This document shows, one piece after another, positions 24,009 through 33,189 of a stretch of 64,000 nt of DNA. Under the pieces are notes generated by a model. It did no database searches. It was not told the origin of the DNA and saw nothing but the letters and a program-made list of their open reading frames with translations. Made by a program: the position numbers and the translations under genes. Every line of letters begins with the position of its first letter. The first letter of the stretch is position 1. Source of the DNA: an uncultured virus (IMG/VR IMGVR_UViG_3300033153_005459) (lineage: Duplodnaviria; Heunggongvirae; Uroviricota; Caudoviricetes); the IMG/VR virus record IMGVR_UViG_3300033153_005459. The stretch is one strand, 5' to 3'.

Positions 24009-24696
24009 GTGGGCTGTTGAAGCGTATTTTGATCACGCCGTCCCGGCGGCACGGAACGCTACAGACAATTTCGCGTTTACCTTTGTGGTCCCAAAGGATG
24101 ATGAAGCCACGATTGATGCGATTCATGTGGCGAGTCGAAAGCACGAAGTAAACACACGGCTGGCGTTCACGACTGAACCGTCACGTGAAGACAAGCGAAT
24201 ATGGAACACCGACCGCTACGAAGAGATGTGCGTTGTTCGAAATGCTTTCCTTCGTCAGGCGCGAGACGGGGCACACAAACCAGATTACCTTCTGAGTCTG
24301 GACTCTGACATCCAGATACATCCTCAGCAGATCAAAGGCATGATCGAGCATTTGGAAGAGCATCCTGAGTGGGCTGCGATAGGCGGTAAGACGTATCTGT
24401 CTGCTACAGGTAAACAGCATCCGAGCTACGGTCAACTCAAGAGGGGTCATAAGAGTGCGTTTCTTAGGTCTGATTCTGAAGGCGTGTTCCAGGTTGATAT
24501 CATCATGGCTATCAAGCTGATGACACCTGCCGCCTACGAGGTTGACTACAAAGCGAATCGTTACGGTGAAGACATCGGTTGGTCGATAGAGGTAAACGCG
24601 GCCGGGTTGAAACTCGGTTGGGATGGCTCGATTGCTTCGAAGCATGTTATGACGGAAGCGCACAACGGTAGGGAAGATCCCCGGTGCGGCTATTGA
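23959..24696 (+). CDS. GT-A fold glycosyltransferase
   Basis: LLIGCP...RN...DYLLSLDSD (DxD), GEDIGW. Confidence 0.75.
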   Translation: MSQNPKLLIGCPIRSREWAVEAYFDHAVPAARNATDNFAFTFVVPKDDEATIDAIHVASRKHEVNTRLAFTTEPSREDKRIWNTDRYEEMCVVRNAFLRQARDGAHKPDYLLSLDSDIQIHPQQIKGMIEHLEEHPEWAAIGGKTYLSATGKQHPSYGQLKRGHKSAFLRSDSEGVFQVDIIMAIKLMTPAAYEVDYKANRYGEDIGWSIEVNAAGLKLGWDGSIASKHVMTEAHNGREDPRCGY

Positions 24697-24697
24697 G

Positions 24698-24889
24698 ATG
24701 GAAGAGTTCGAAGATCATTGGTGGGAAGAGATTTCTGACCTAGAAATCTATGTCTGGCAAGATGAAGCTGGACACGCCGTGTTCGTGTACTTTGGTACTT
24801 CAGATATTTACTGGAACATGTGGGATACCAACATTAAAGAGACTGGAGAGAAAGCCGTGGACGGTCCAGCGAACTGGGAGTGGATGTGA
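24698..24889 (+). CDS. Solitary NWE-tail protein (NWEWM) inside the glycosyltransferase cluster
   Basis: 63 aa, Trp-rich, ends GPANWEWM. Confidence 0.75.
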   Translation: MEEFEDHWWEEISDLEIYVWQDEAGHAVFVYFGTSDIYWNMWDTNIKETGEKAVDGPANWEWM

Positions 24890-24890
24890 T

Positions 24891-25703
24891 ATGGTTGTGC
24901 CTATGTATGAACCTGGAATTGATTTGATCGTGGTGAACTACAAGACACCTGATGATCTTGTTGGTTTCTGCGAGTCGTACATCGAGAATTTCCCTGAGGT
25001 AGAATCGACGCTTTACATCGTCTGCAATGACGTGACTGAAGCTGACGAAAAAGCCATCGAAGGCATCCGTCCGCACATCCCCGGCAAGGTGATGATTTTC
25101 CCGTTCAGCGAGAACCTTTACTACTCGGGTGCAGCAAACGTAATCGGCGGCATCGCCCGTCGCGAGACGTTAGCAATTCTCAATGCTGACACACGATTTT
25201 TGCCTGGTTCCATTGATACGTGTTATCACGCTTTGATGGACAACCCGACTTGGGGAGCGGTTGGTCCTCTGCAAACTGGAGATAACAACGAAGTAACGCA
25301 CGCCGGAATCTTTGGCACGCTTGAAGCTCCGAAGCATCGTGGATGGCACCAGAAAATGCATGATCAGTTTCGGGATGTCAACGAGAATGCTGTCACTATT
25401 TCAGGTTCTGCTTACTTCACGAAGCGTTCCGTTTGGGACGAGTTGAGTAGCTGCGAACTCTATCGAGATTTATACCCAAATGCCCGTGGTCCTTTCTTGC
25501 CCACGACCCACTATTACGAAGAGACATGGTACTCATACCATTTGCAGGCACACGGCTACAAGTGTGTGTATCTTGGTACTTCTCAGATGGTTCATCGTTG
25601 GCACAAGGCTTCCCCGAAGGGCGGGTGGGCCGATCAACAAATGGGGGCGTCTCGTGTGATGTTCCGTGCCGCCTGTGATCATCACAACATCGCCCACGAC
25701 TGA
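24891..25703 (+). CDS. GT2 glycosyltransferase
   Basis: IDLIVVNYKT, EN..Y..A.N, ILNADT, SGSAYF, HYYEE. Confidence 0.85.
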   Translation: MVVPMYEPGIDLIVVNYKTPDDLVGFCESYIENFPEVESTLYIVCNDVTEADEKAIEGIRPHIPGKVMIFPFSENLYYSGAANVIGGIARRETLAILNADTRFLPGSIDTCYHALMDNPTWGAVGPLQTGDNNEVTHAGIFGTLEAPKHRGWHQKMHDQFRDVNENAVTISGSAYFTKRSVWDELSSCELYRDLYPNARGPFLPTTHYYEETWYSYHLQAHGYKCVYLGTSQMVHRWHKASPKGGWADQQMGASRVMFRAACDHHNIAHD

Positions 25704-25710
25704 GGACAGC

Positions 25711-26460
25711 ATGGCTATATTTGGATCTATCGTAATCAAAAACGAAGCTGATCGGTATTTGGAAGCTTGTCTTCGACACATGGTGCCGTTTCTTGATGAA
25801 GTGTTTGTGTGGGATGATCAGTCGGACGACGAGTCCGTTGCTGTCGCCAGCGAGTACGGCAAGGTTGTGGTGCGTCCTGATGATGTGCCGTCATGGCTAG
25901 AACACGAAGGACAGTTCCGTCATGCAGCGTGGAAGCAGTTCGAACAGACGATTTTGCCAGACGATGGCGATTGGATTCTGTCGTTTGACGCTGACGAATT
26001 TCTCGTTTGCACTGAGCCTGATTTCTCCGATGTGAGACAGAAGCTTGAACAAGCTACAGCGTATGCAGATAAGCACGGCAAGGTTGGAGTTGTTCTTCCG
26101 TTTCCTGAAATCTTTGGGACGAAGAAGCGTGACACTTTGCTGATGCGGACGGATGGACTGTGGGATACTATCCGTGGACCTCGCCTGTTCAGATATCAAC
26201 AGAACGCAGAGTGGAGCAATAAGGCGATGGGTTGTGGATCTGAACCTACCTACGTTTCGAGAGGGCATGTGTCGACACAGAATCTTGAGTTGACCATGCT
26301 GCATCTGGGTTACGCAGACCCAAAGGATCATGAAGAGAAGCACGCTCGATATACAGAGTTGTTCGATCACGGACACAATAACAAACACATTCAGTCTATC
26401 ATCACGCAGCCAACATTGGTGCCTTGGGGTGGTCCGACGCCGACATGGAGATTTGACTAA
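25711..26460 (+). CDS. GT2 glycosyltransferase
   Basis: IKNEADRYL..CL...DDQSDD, DWILSFDADE, HLGY. Confidence 0.85.
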   Translation: MAIFGSIVIKNEADRYLEACLRHMVPFLDEVFVWDDQSDDESVAVASEYGKVVVRPDDVPSWLEHEGQFRHAAWKQFEQTILPDDGDWILSFDADEFLVCTEPDFSDVRQKLEQATAYADKHGKVGVVLPFPEIFGTKKRDTLLMRTDGLWDTIRGPRLFRYQQNAEWSNKAMGCGSEPTYVSRGHVSTQNLELTMLHLGYADPKDHEEKHARYTELFDHGHNNKHIQSIITQPTLVPWGGPTPTWRFD

Positions 26461-28061
26461 TGAGAGTTGTTGTTCTAGGGGCTAGCGGTATCGTTGGTCA
26501 GCACATGTACGTGAACAAGCCAGACGATGTAGAGGCCACGTTCGTGGTTCGCAACTGTCCTCCGCTCAAGGGCTATATATCCTTGGACTGTGAAGATTTC
26601 TGGGCACTCGGTGATTTCTTGAACGAGGCACAGCCTGATGCCATCGTGAACCTTGCAGGGCAGAATAACGTTGACGTGGTTGAGAAGGACCCCTCAGCAT
26701 ACGAGAACATCAACGGAGCGTTGCCTTTGTTCTTGGTCAACTGGTGTGACGCCAATGACGCCCATCTAGTTCAGGGCAGTACCCAGGGTGTGTTTTCTGG
26801 AGAGGATGGGCCGTACTCGGCTGATTCCACCGTGAACCCTATCACGGAGTATGGCAAACAGAAGGCCGTCGCTGAGGACCTTGTGCAAACCGGAACGAAC
26901 TGGACGATCGCTCGTCTCACATTTGTGATCGGCGCACGTCCGTTTCCTGGCTTTGGTCGCATGAATCCTCTTGAGGACATGTTCAATCGGGACAAGCAGA
27001 TTCAGGTCGATGATCATTTCTTCTCGCCATTGTTGGCGCAGGAAGCTGCTGAGATCCTGTGGGGATTTGCTAGAGATTGCAACGTCGGCATTTATCATCT
27101 TGGTATGCCTGAGAAGGTATCGCGGTTCCAGCTTGCACAGGGCGCTGCACGGATCGGGTCGATCGCCGGAAAGGATACAGAACTTGTCGGCGTGTCTCAT
27201 GATCATTTCTCTTCGAAGGGTTTGGCTCGTCGTCCTGCTGATACGACTTGGGGACGAGGGTCATTGTACACTGTTCGTTTGGATGAGGCAATTGAGATTG
27301 CTTTCAGTGATTGGAAAGAAGTCAAGGGTCGCAACATCAACCGTCGTTCATACGAACTGTCGTTGTTCTTCGACATGGATCAGGCAGAAGCGAAGACTCG
27401 GCTTGAGCGCGGTTTTCATCCTGCCCATCATGATGTGGCTCAGGATTTCCGTGACCATGATACCGATGTGAAAGATGATGGTTCTCTGCTTGACTGGTAT
27501 CAAGTTACAGACAAGTACATTTGGGAGTTGTCTGCCTATCATCTAGATGTGGGATTCAACTACATCGGCATGTGTGAGGGCATTACTGCTAGGTTGATCA
27601 ACGAAAACAAGCCGCATGTGTTGTGCATGGGTGATGGCATTGGTGATTTGACTATGGACTGCTACGAGTCAGGTTTACAGCCTACCTATCACGATCTTGA
27701 AGGATCGCTAACGGCAGAGTTTGCTCAGTTTCGTATCGCTCTTAATTGCGCTACATCGGTTCCTGTGAACTTGACTAATTCGTGGACTCCCCCCGTAGCC
27801 GAAGACTTGGATTGTGTTGTTGCTCTTGACTTCTTTGAGCATCTTGTCAACGTAGACGAATGGGCAAAGGCCGTGTATGACATGCTGGTCCCTGACGGGT
27901 TCTTCATGGCACAGAATGCTTTCGCTATTGGAGACGCTGAGCATGGTGATTCTATTCCGATGCATTTGTCTATCAACAACAAGTATGAGAAACAATGGCA
28001 CACCTTTTTGCAGAGCCTAGGATTTGAACACGTGATAGCCGAATGGTGGAAGAAGACATGA
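26460..28061 (+). CDS. RmlD-like NAD(P)-dependent sugar reductase fused to a class I SAM methyltransferase
   Basis: GASGIVG, VNLAG, ST..VF.G, YGKQK in the N-terminal half; MGDGIG, LDFFEHL in the C-terminal half. Confidence 0.75.
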   Translation: MRVVVLGASGIVGQHMYVNKPDDVEATFVVRNCPPLKGYISLDCEDFWALGDFLNEAQPDAIVNLAGQNNVDVVEKDPSAYENINGALPLFLVNWCDANDAHLVQGSTQGVFSGEDGPYSADSTVNPITEYGKQKAVAEDLVQTGTNWTIARLTFVIGARPFPGFGRMNPLEDMFNRDKQIQVDDHFFSPLLAQEAAEILWGFARDCNVGIYHLGMPEKVSRFQLAQGAARIGSIAGKDTELVGVSHDHFSSKGLARRPADTTWGRGSLYTVRLDEAIEIAFSDWKEVKGRNINRRSYELSLFFDMDQAEAKTRLERGFHPAHHDVAQDFRDHDTDVKDDGSLLDWYQVTDKYIWELSAYHLDVGFNYIGMCEGITARLINENKPHVLCMGDGIGDLTMDCYESGLQPTYHDLEGSLTAEFAQFRIALNCATSVPVNLTNSWTPPVAEDLDCVVALDFFEHLVNVDEWAKAVYDMLVPDGFFMAQNAFAIGDAEHGDSIPMHLSINNKYEKQWHTFLQSLGFEHVIAEWWKKT

Positions 28062-28915
28062 GCGAACTAGATATCGGAATTGCGTCGTGGGGCAGCCCAC
28101 AGAAGCTACTCAAAACAGTCAAGTACATCGAGAACAATACGGTATCGGACTACCGTCTGTTTATCGTGGACAACGCTTCGCCCGATCTGAAGGTCGCTGC
28201 TGCGATCAAAGAAATGGCAGCACACAACAAGCGCATCGTGCCTGTCATGCTGGAAGAGAACACTGGTTACCCTGGCGCTGTCAACAAGTTCATAGAGCTT
28301 GCAGAGACCACGTTCGTAGCGTATTTCGACAATGATGCCTATGTCTCTACCCACGGTTGGGACAAGCTGATGATGGAGAAGATTGGTAGCTTTCATGAGC
28401 TAGCGATGGTGTTCCCTAACGGCGGCAATTATCCGATTCCACGCACTCATTACACAGAGGTTCTGTGGGGTATCGGTTTCTGTTGGATGCTGAACCGTCA
28501 ACGTTGGATTGATGTTGGTCCGTTCGATGAAGACTTGGGCCATCAGGAAGAAGTCGACTTTCAGACTAGGCTCAGACTTGACGGTTGGAAGATTGCTGCC
28601 CTTTCTGATGTCCATGTGAAGCATGATGCCACATCGTCTATGAATCCCGAATCTCAGGCGCGCATCAACGAGGGCATCATCAACTGGGTCAACAAGTGGG
28701 TTGCGTATTTCGGCGGGAAGCACATGACGTACCATTCTCCGAATGTGATTCGTTTCGCTGACTGGCCGGTGAACGCTCTGTACTTGGAAGAATACTACCT
28801 ACAGAAGTTCCCGAATCTAAACAAGACACCGGAAACAGTCGATGTAGATGGAGTAACAATGGATTTGATCAAGGTTCCTAGATACAGGAATCTGTATACT
28901 GGGAGAATTATCTGA
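28058..28915 (+). CDS. GT2 glycosyltransferase
   Basis: IVDNASPD, ENTGYPGAVN, FDND, VGPFDE..EEVDF. Confidence 0.88.
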   Translation: MSELDIGIASWGSPQKLLKTVKYIENNTVSDYRLFIVDNASPDLKVAAAIKEMAAHNKRIVPVMLEENTGYPGAVNKFIELAETTFVAYFDNDAYVSTHGWDKLMMEKIGSFHELAMVFPNGGNYPIPRTHYTEVLWGIGFCWMLNRQRWIDVGPFDEDLGHQEEVDFQTRLRLDGWKIAALSDVHVKHDATSSMNPESQARINEGIINWVNKWVAYFGGKHMTYHSPNVIRFADWPVNALYLEEYYLQKFPNLNKTPETVDVDGVTMDLIKVPRYRNLYTGRII

Positions 28916-29178
28916 TGAGTGATAGACAAATAGGATCGAAGAGAACCGCACAGGGAAACGCGGATCGACCTTCGGCACTGCCGAGTTCTGAGAGTAAACT
29001 GAGAGCCAAGATTCAACAGCTTGAAGCCAAGATTGTTGGACTGGAAGCAGAGGTGGATGCTGCAAGTGTTGCTGTAGCGAAGATGGCGACTATTGACGAG
29101 TATTTGTCTAGGTTCCCTACCGGGCATTTGATTGTTCTGGACGGCAGGTCGCAGACGGTAATCAGGTTTGATAGCTGA
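28915..29178 (+). CDS. Hypothetical coiled-coil protein
   Basis: TGATG overlap; heptad pattern. Confidence 0.6.
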   Translation: MSDRQIGSKRTAQGNADRPSALPSSESKLRAKIQQLEAKIVGLEAEVDAASVAVAKMATIDEYLSRFPTGHLIVLDGRSQTVIRFDS

Positions 29179-29183
29179 GCTTA

Positions 29184-30005
29184 ATGAAGCCACTATTTTT
29201 TGTCGGCAACCGGCGTTCCGGTACGACGATGATGACGTATGTCTTGAACCTGCATCCTCACATCTACATGGCATCAGAGGCAGACACGTTGTGGTTTCTG
29301 TTCAACGGGGCTGATGGAAACAAGGGTTTAGATGTACCTCTCAGAGGGATTGGTGCTCATCCAGATGACGACCCAGCGAATTTGAGAACCAAAAGTCGTT
29401 CTAGTAGATTAGAAGGCGGGTTCCTTGGAGACGATGATCTTGTAGGAGAAATACGAGAGAACTTTTTCAAGGATCTTCTATATGTTAAAGATCACGGTAT
29501 CCTTAATCGGCAGGACGCATACCCTGAAAAGCTCGATGTCGAATTGGTGTGGGCGGGAGACAAGAAACCGGCATCGATCACAGACCCAGCGATGAGGCCG
29601 TGGATCGAACAACATTTCCCTGACGCCAAATATATCCATTTGGTTCGCGACCCGATTCATTGCATCGCTTCGATGGCTGGATTGGCTTGGGAAGGCGGCG
29701 ACCGTGACTTCCTGGTGGACTACTATGTACGGTTGGAGCAGCAGGCGCTTGCGATTCCTGATAGACTCTTTGTACGTTACGAAGATGTTTGCGAAGATCC
29801 GATGCGGGAGTTGCGTCGGGTTTGTGATCATCTAGAGTTGGATAGCAACGACATCGCTGAGAGTTATGATGCGGGCGGTGCTCTAAAACTCAAGAGAGGC
29901 GTGGTGATGGGCAGCGATTACGCTGCTGAGGCACGGCGAGCGGATTTGAAAACCATCCCTTTGACGGACGAGCTAAAGAAGCTTATCGACACTTACGGAT
30001 ACTAG
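29184..30005 (+). CDS. PAPS-dependent sulfotransferase
   Basis: PLFFVGNRRSGTT...L..HP, FPDAKYIHLVRDP...S, VRYED...DP. Confidence 0.85.
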   Translation: MKPLFFVGNRRSGTTMMTYVLNLHPHIYMASEADTLWFLFNGADGNKGLDVPLRGIGAHPDDDPANLRTKSRSSRLEGGFLGDDDLVGEIRENFFKDLLYVKDHGILNRQDAYPEKLDVELVWAGDKKPASITDPAMRPWIEQHFPDAKYIHLVRDPIHCIASMAGLAWEGGDRDFLVDYYVRLEQQALAIPDRLFVRYEDVCEDPMRELRRVCDHLELDSNDIAESYDAGGALKLKRGVVMGSDYAAEARRADLKTIPLTDELKKLIDTYGY

Positions 30006-30012
30006 GAGAAAC

Positions 30013-30600
30013 ATGGTTACGGAAGCTGAGATCGAAGAGGGCAGAGAAGCGGTAGCTTGGGTAGCCGGGGCCGTTCTCGCAGAGGTGGCAGGCGGCAAGC
30101 AGGTCGTTGTTGGCACACGCACCTATCTTGGTCCCGAGTGGACCCACGTGGACATCGACAAAGCACCATTGCGCGATTGGGACACGAACAAGACTTACCC
30201 GGTTGATATTGTCGCTGAAGCTCACCAGATCAAAATGACCTCCAACACGGCAGACCTTCTGTATAGTCAGGAGATGCTTGAGCATGTAGCTCGCAAGCAG
30301 TATCCACGAGTGTTGAACGAGTGGGCACGTATTGTCAAGCCGGGTGGTTTCCTCTGGATCGAGGTCCCTGATTTCTTGGCCTGCTGCGAGCAGGTTCTAC
30401 AGATCGACACTCTCGAAATGGATCGTGGTATCCAGCAGTTGTTCTATGGTGGTCAAGCGACCGAATTCGATTTCCATTACAACGGTTTCACACCGCGCAT
30501 ATTCGAAGCAGAGTTCGATCAACGTGGTTTTGACGTGATCAGTATGCGTCGTGGATATGAAGCGGGGTATTTGCAAGCCATCGGCCGGAAACGAACATGA
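30013..30600 (+). CDS. Class I SAM-dependent methyltransferase
   Basis: W.HVDI, LEH...L.EW.RIVKPGG...IEVPD. Confidence 0.8.
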   Translation: MVTEAEIEEGREAVAWVAGAVLAEVAGGKQVVVGTRTYLGPEWTHVDIDKAPLRDWDTNKTYPVDIVAEAHQIKMTSNTADLLYSQEMLEHVARKQYPRVLNEWARIVKPGGFLWIEVPDFLACCEQVLQIDTLEMDRGIQQLFYGGQATEFDFHYNGFTPRIFEAEFDQRGFDVISMRRGYEAGYLQAIGRKRT

Positions 30601-31283
30601 GAACGGAGGACACGGCTTATGGTCGAAACTACTGGGAAACTTACGATGACGGCAAGGGTTACACCGATTCTCCTGTCTGGGAAGACACAGCACACATTGT
30701 CAAGGAATTGTTTGGTTACGATGAGATGGGACAGGATCGCAGCAGCGGGACGCGACTTATTGACATCGGTTGCGCTATGGGATACCTCGTTAAACATGTG
30801 CGACGGAGAGGTATCGAAAGCTTTGGACTCGATATCAGTCACCATGCAATCACTCACGCAGACAAAAGCGTTCGACGCAATGTCAGCACTTGGGATTTCG
30901 CTTTGCCACATGTCGGACCTTTCTATGGATGGCGACAATTTGAGATTGTAACGTGTCTTGAGACTCTGGAGCACATTCGTCCGCTTACTACGGATGTGGC
31001 ATTGTCTAACCTTCGAAACTTGTGGCCTCTTGAAGGTGGCGTTGGCTTCTTTGCTATCTGCGTACTAGAAAATGAAGGTTGGGAAACAGATCCAACACAT
31101 ATCAATATGCATTCTCGTGCCTGGTGGACAGACACGCTAAAGAGCCGCGGTTTCACGATTGACAAGGAAGCGGGTGACTGGGTTCGGACGTTCAGTTTGT
31201 ATCGTGAGCACGAAGGTGTGTTTGTAGTTAGTGGAGTTCCTGACCCTGAGCCTGTTCCAGATGTGCTAGAGTTGGAATCATGA
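30597..31283 (+). CDS. Class I SAM-dependent methyltransferase
   Basis: LIDIGCAMG, GLDIS, CLETLEHI, DPTHIN. Confidence 0.85.
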   Translation: MRTEDTAYGRNYWETYDDGKGYTDSPVWEDTAHIVKELFGYDEMGQDRSSGTRLIDIGCAMGYLVKHVRRRGIESFGLDISHHAITHADKSVRRNVSTWDFALPHVGPFYGWRQFEIVTCLETLEHIRPLTTDVALSNLRNLWPLEGGVGFFAICVLENEGWETDPTHINMHSRAWWTDTLKSRGFTIDKEAGDWVRTFSLYREHEGVFVVSGVPDPEPVPDVLELES

Positions 31284-31951
31284 AAGATGCATTGTTCTAC
31301 CACATCCCTCGTACTGGTGGCCAAATGTTGGCTACGAAGGTATGGAACTACATTGGCCGTGATGCTGCTTACACAGATAAGGGTCAACGACAAGACGGGC
31401 ACGCTTCAGACGATCGACCTGATGCCCCTGGCTCTTGGAAGGAGTACGATGGTCCCTTTGTTTCGAGTCACGAACCGGTAAGCCTTCTGACTCGTCACGA
31501 AGAAGGTCGTGTGCGTTTCACTGTTCTGCGTGAGCCGTATGAGCGAGTATTTTCTCTACTCAACCTTCGGCAGAACCAGATGAATGCGGTAGGTATGAAT
31601 CCAGTCGAGTACATGTTGGCTGACTCTTTGACACCTTCTATCAAGGTTGGGTTCCGTGACCGCATGGTACGTCAGTTGGGAGGCAACTTCTACAAGGACG
31701 ACATGCCGATCAGTGAGCAGTTCGACAACGCTTGCGAAGTGTTGGCAGGATTGGATTGGGTTGGTGAGACCAGTACACTGGACGACGACCTCGCTGATTT
31801 CTTCAATGTGTTGGAAGTTCCGTGGACAGGTCCTGAGCATATCAACATGCCGAGAACCTACATCGAGAATCTCAGCGAACATGCTCAGGACACGATCCGC
31901 AAACTCACAGTGTGGGATACTAAGCTTTACGAATTTGCTCAAACTTTGTAG
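31280..31951 (+). CDS. Sulfotransferase (Sulfotransfer_2-like)
   Basis: FYHIPRTGG, FTVLREPYERVFS, D.KLYEFA. Confidence 0.8.
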   Translation: MKDALFYHIPRTGGQMLATKVWNYIGRDAAYTDKGQRQDGHASDDRPDAPGSWKEYDGPFVSSHEPVSLLTRHEEGRVRFTVLREPYERVFSLLNLRQNQMNAVGMNPVEYMLADSLTPSIKVGFRDRMVRQLGGNFYKDDMPISEQFDNACEVLAGLDWVGETSTLDDDLADFFNVLEVPWTGPEHINMPRTYIENLSEHAQDTIRKLTVWDTKLYEFAQTL

Positions 31952-32015
31952 TTCTTAGTCGATAAGAGCTAGTACGTCCCAAAACTTGGGACAGTGTGTG
32001 CTACAATACTTCTTA

Positions 32016-32639
32016 ATGACAGACTATCTTGAAGAAGAAGGCAACATTCCGGTCGAGGCTCCTTCGGGGGCCTTGTTCCATGTTTTGGTAGAGGCCGAAC
32101 GAGACTACTACGAAGACGTAGCTAATCGCTACATGGCAGATAACCAGTTCATCAACATCTCCGACGTGCAGGATTTGGATAGAGTTTTGATGATGGAACT
32201 GCTGATCTATCGGTGGTCGTCATGGCTCACGAACGAGACAGACTATCAAGGATTGCAGGTTGACCCGCTTGCCTTGAACAAGTCCATCAAAGATTTCTCT
32301 AGCGAAGTTCGTCTTGTGAAGAAGTCGCTTGGTATGGACAAGGCTACCCGTGAGAAAGACAAGGGCGAATCAACCCAGGTGTATCTCGATAACCTCAATG
32401 TGCGCGCCAAGGCTTTCGGGATCATGCGAAACAATCAGCACGCCAAGACGATCGAGTTGTTCATGGATCTCAAGGCGCTGATGGAATTCCATGAGAACTG
32501 CACTCCGATCGAACGAAAGGAGAACAGCGTAGCGGTTGAGGACATCATGGAATGGATCAAAGAGATAGCCATTCCAGAGTTCGATTCTATCGACATCGAG
32601 TTCCGTAAAGAACAGACGATGTGGATACGAGCGATGTGA
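32016..32639 (+). CDS. Hypothetical protein, candidate terminase small subunit
   Basis: Helical acidic ORF two genes upstream of terL; positional call only. Confidence 0.45.
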   Translation: MTDYLEEEGNIPVEAPSGALFHVLVEAERDYYEDVANRYMADNQFINISDVQDLDRVLMMELLIYRWSSWLTNETDYQGLQVDPLALNKSIKDFSSEVRLVKKSLGMDKATREKDKGESTQVYLDNLNVRAKAFGIMRNNQHAKTIELFMDLKALMEFHENCTPIERKENSVAVEDIMEWIKEIAIPEFDSIDIEFRKEQTMWIRAM

Positions 32640-32640
32640 C

Positions 32641-33189
32641 ATGATGGACTACGATCTCTCTGTCTTCGATGAAAAGATGCCTTGGCAAGAACGCTTCAAG
32701 GCCATCAAGAAAACTTTCCCTACCGTAGAAACCTTGGATTGGAACAAGGTCTTCCGAGACGATCCCGCGATTATGGGCCGCATCGTGAACGATGTATTGA
32801 AGATTGACCAGGCCGAGCCGGGACGTCCAGGCAAGCGACCCGCCCTTAACATCGAACGTGCAGAATTGAAGCTACGTCAGATCAGGGGTGAAGACTACAC
32901 GGTTCTGCCTTTCGTTTCAGCACTTGAGTTAGCTCGTGCAGACAAGTCGATTAGGAGCTTGGCTCACTCTTCGGGTCTGCCCAAGTCAACCATCCATCGT
33001 CTTGTTGAAGGAAAAGCTCATCCGACCGTGGAACAGATCGAAGCTATTTCTAAGGGTCTTCGCAAGGACCCGTCATATTTCATGGAGTACCGGGTTGCTT
33101 TTGTTGTGGCTTCGATGGTCGAGTTGTTTTCGCGGTCGCCAGAGTCTACGGTTGTTCAATATGAGAAGCTGCTAAGAGCATTGAAATGA
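32641..33189 (+). CDS. XRE/Cro-type HTH protein
   Basis: SIRSLAHSSGLPKSTIHRLVEGKAHPTVEQIEAISKGL. Confidence 0.8.
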   Translation: MMDYDLSVFDEKMPWQERFKAIKKTFPTVETLDWNKVFRDDPAIMGRIVNDVLKIDQAEPGRPGKRPALNIERAELKLRQIRGEDYTVLPFVSALELARADKSIRSLAHSSGLPKSTIHRLVEGKAHPTVEQIEAISKGLRKDPSYFMEYRVAFVVASMVELFSRSPESTVVQYEKLLRALK

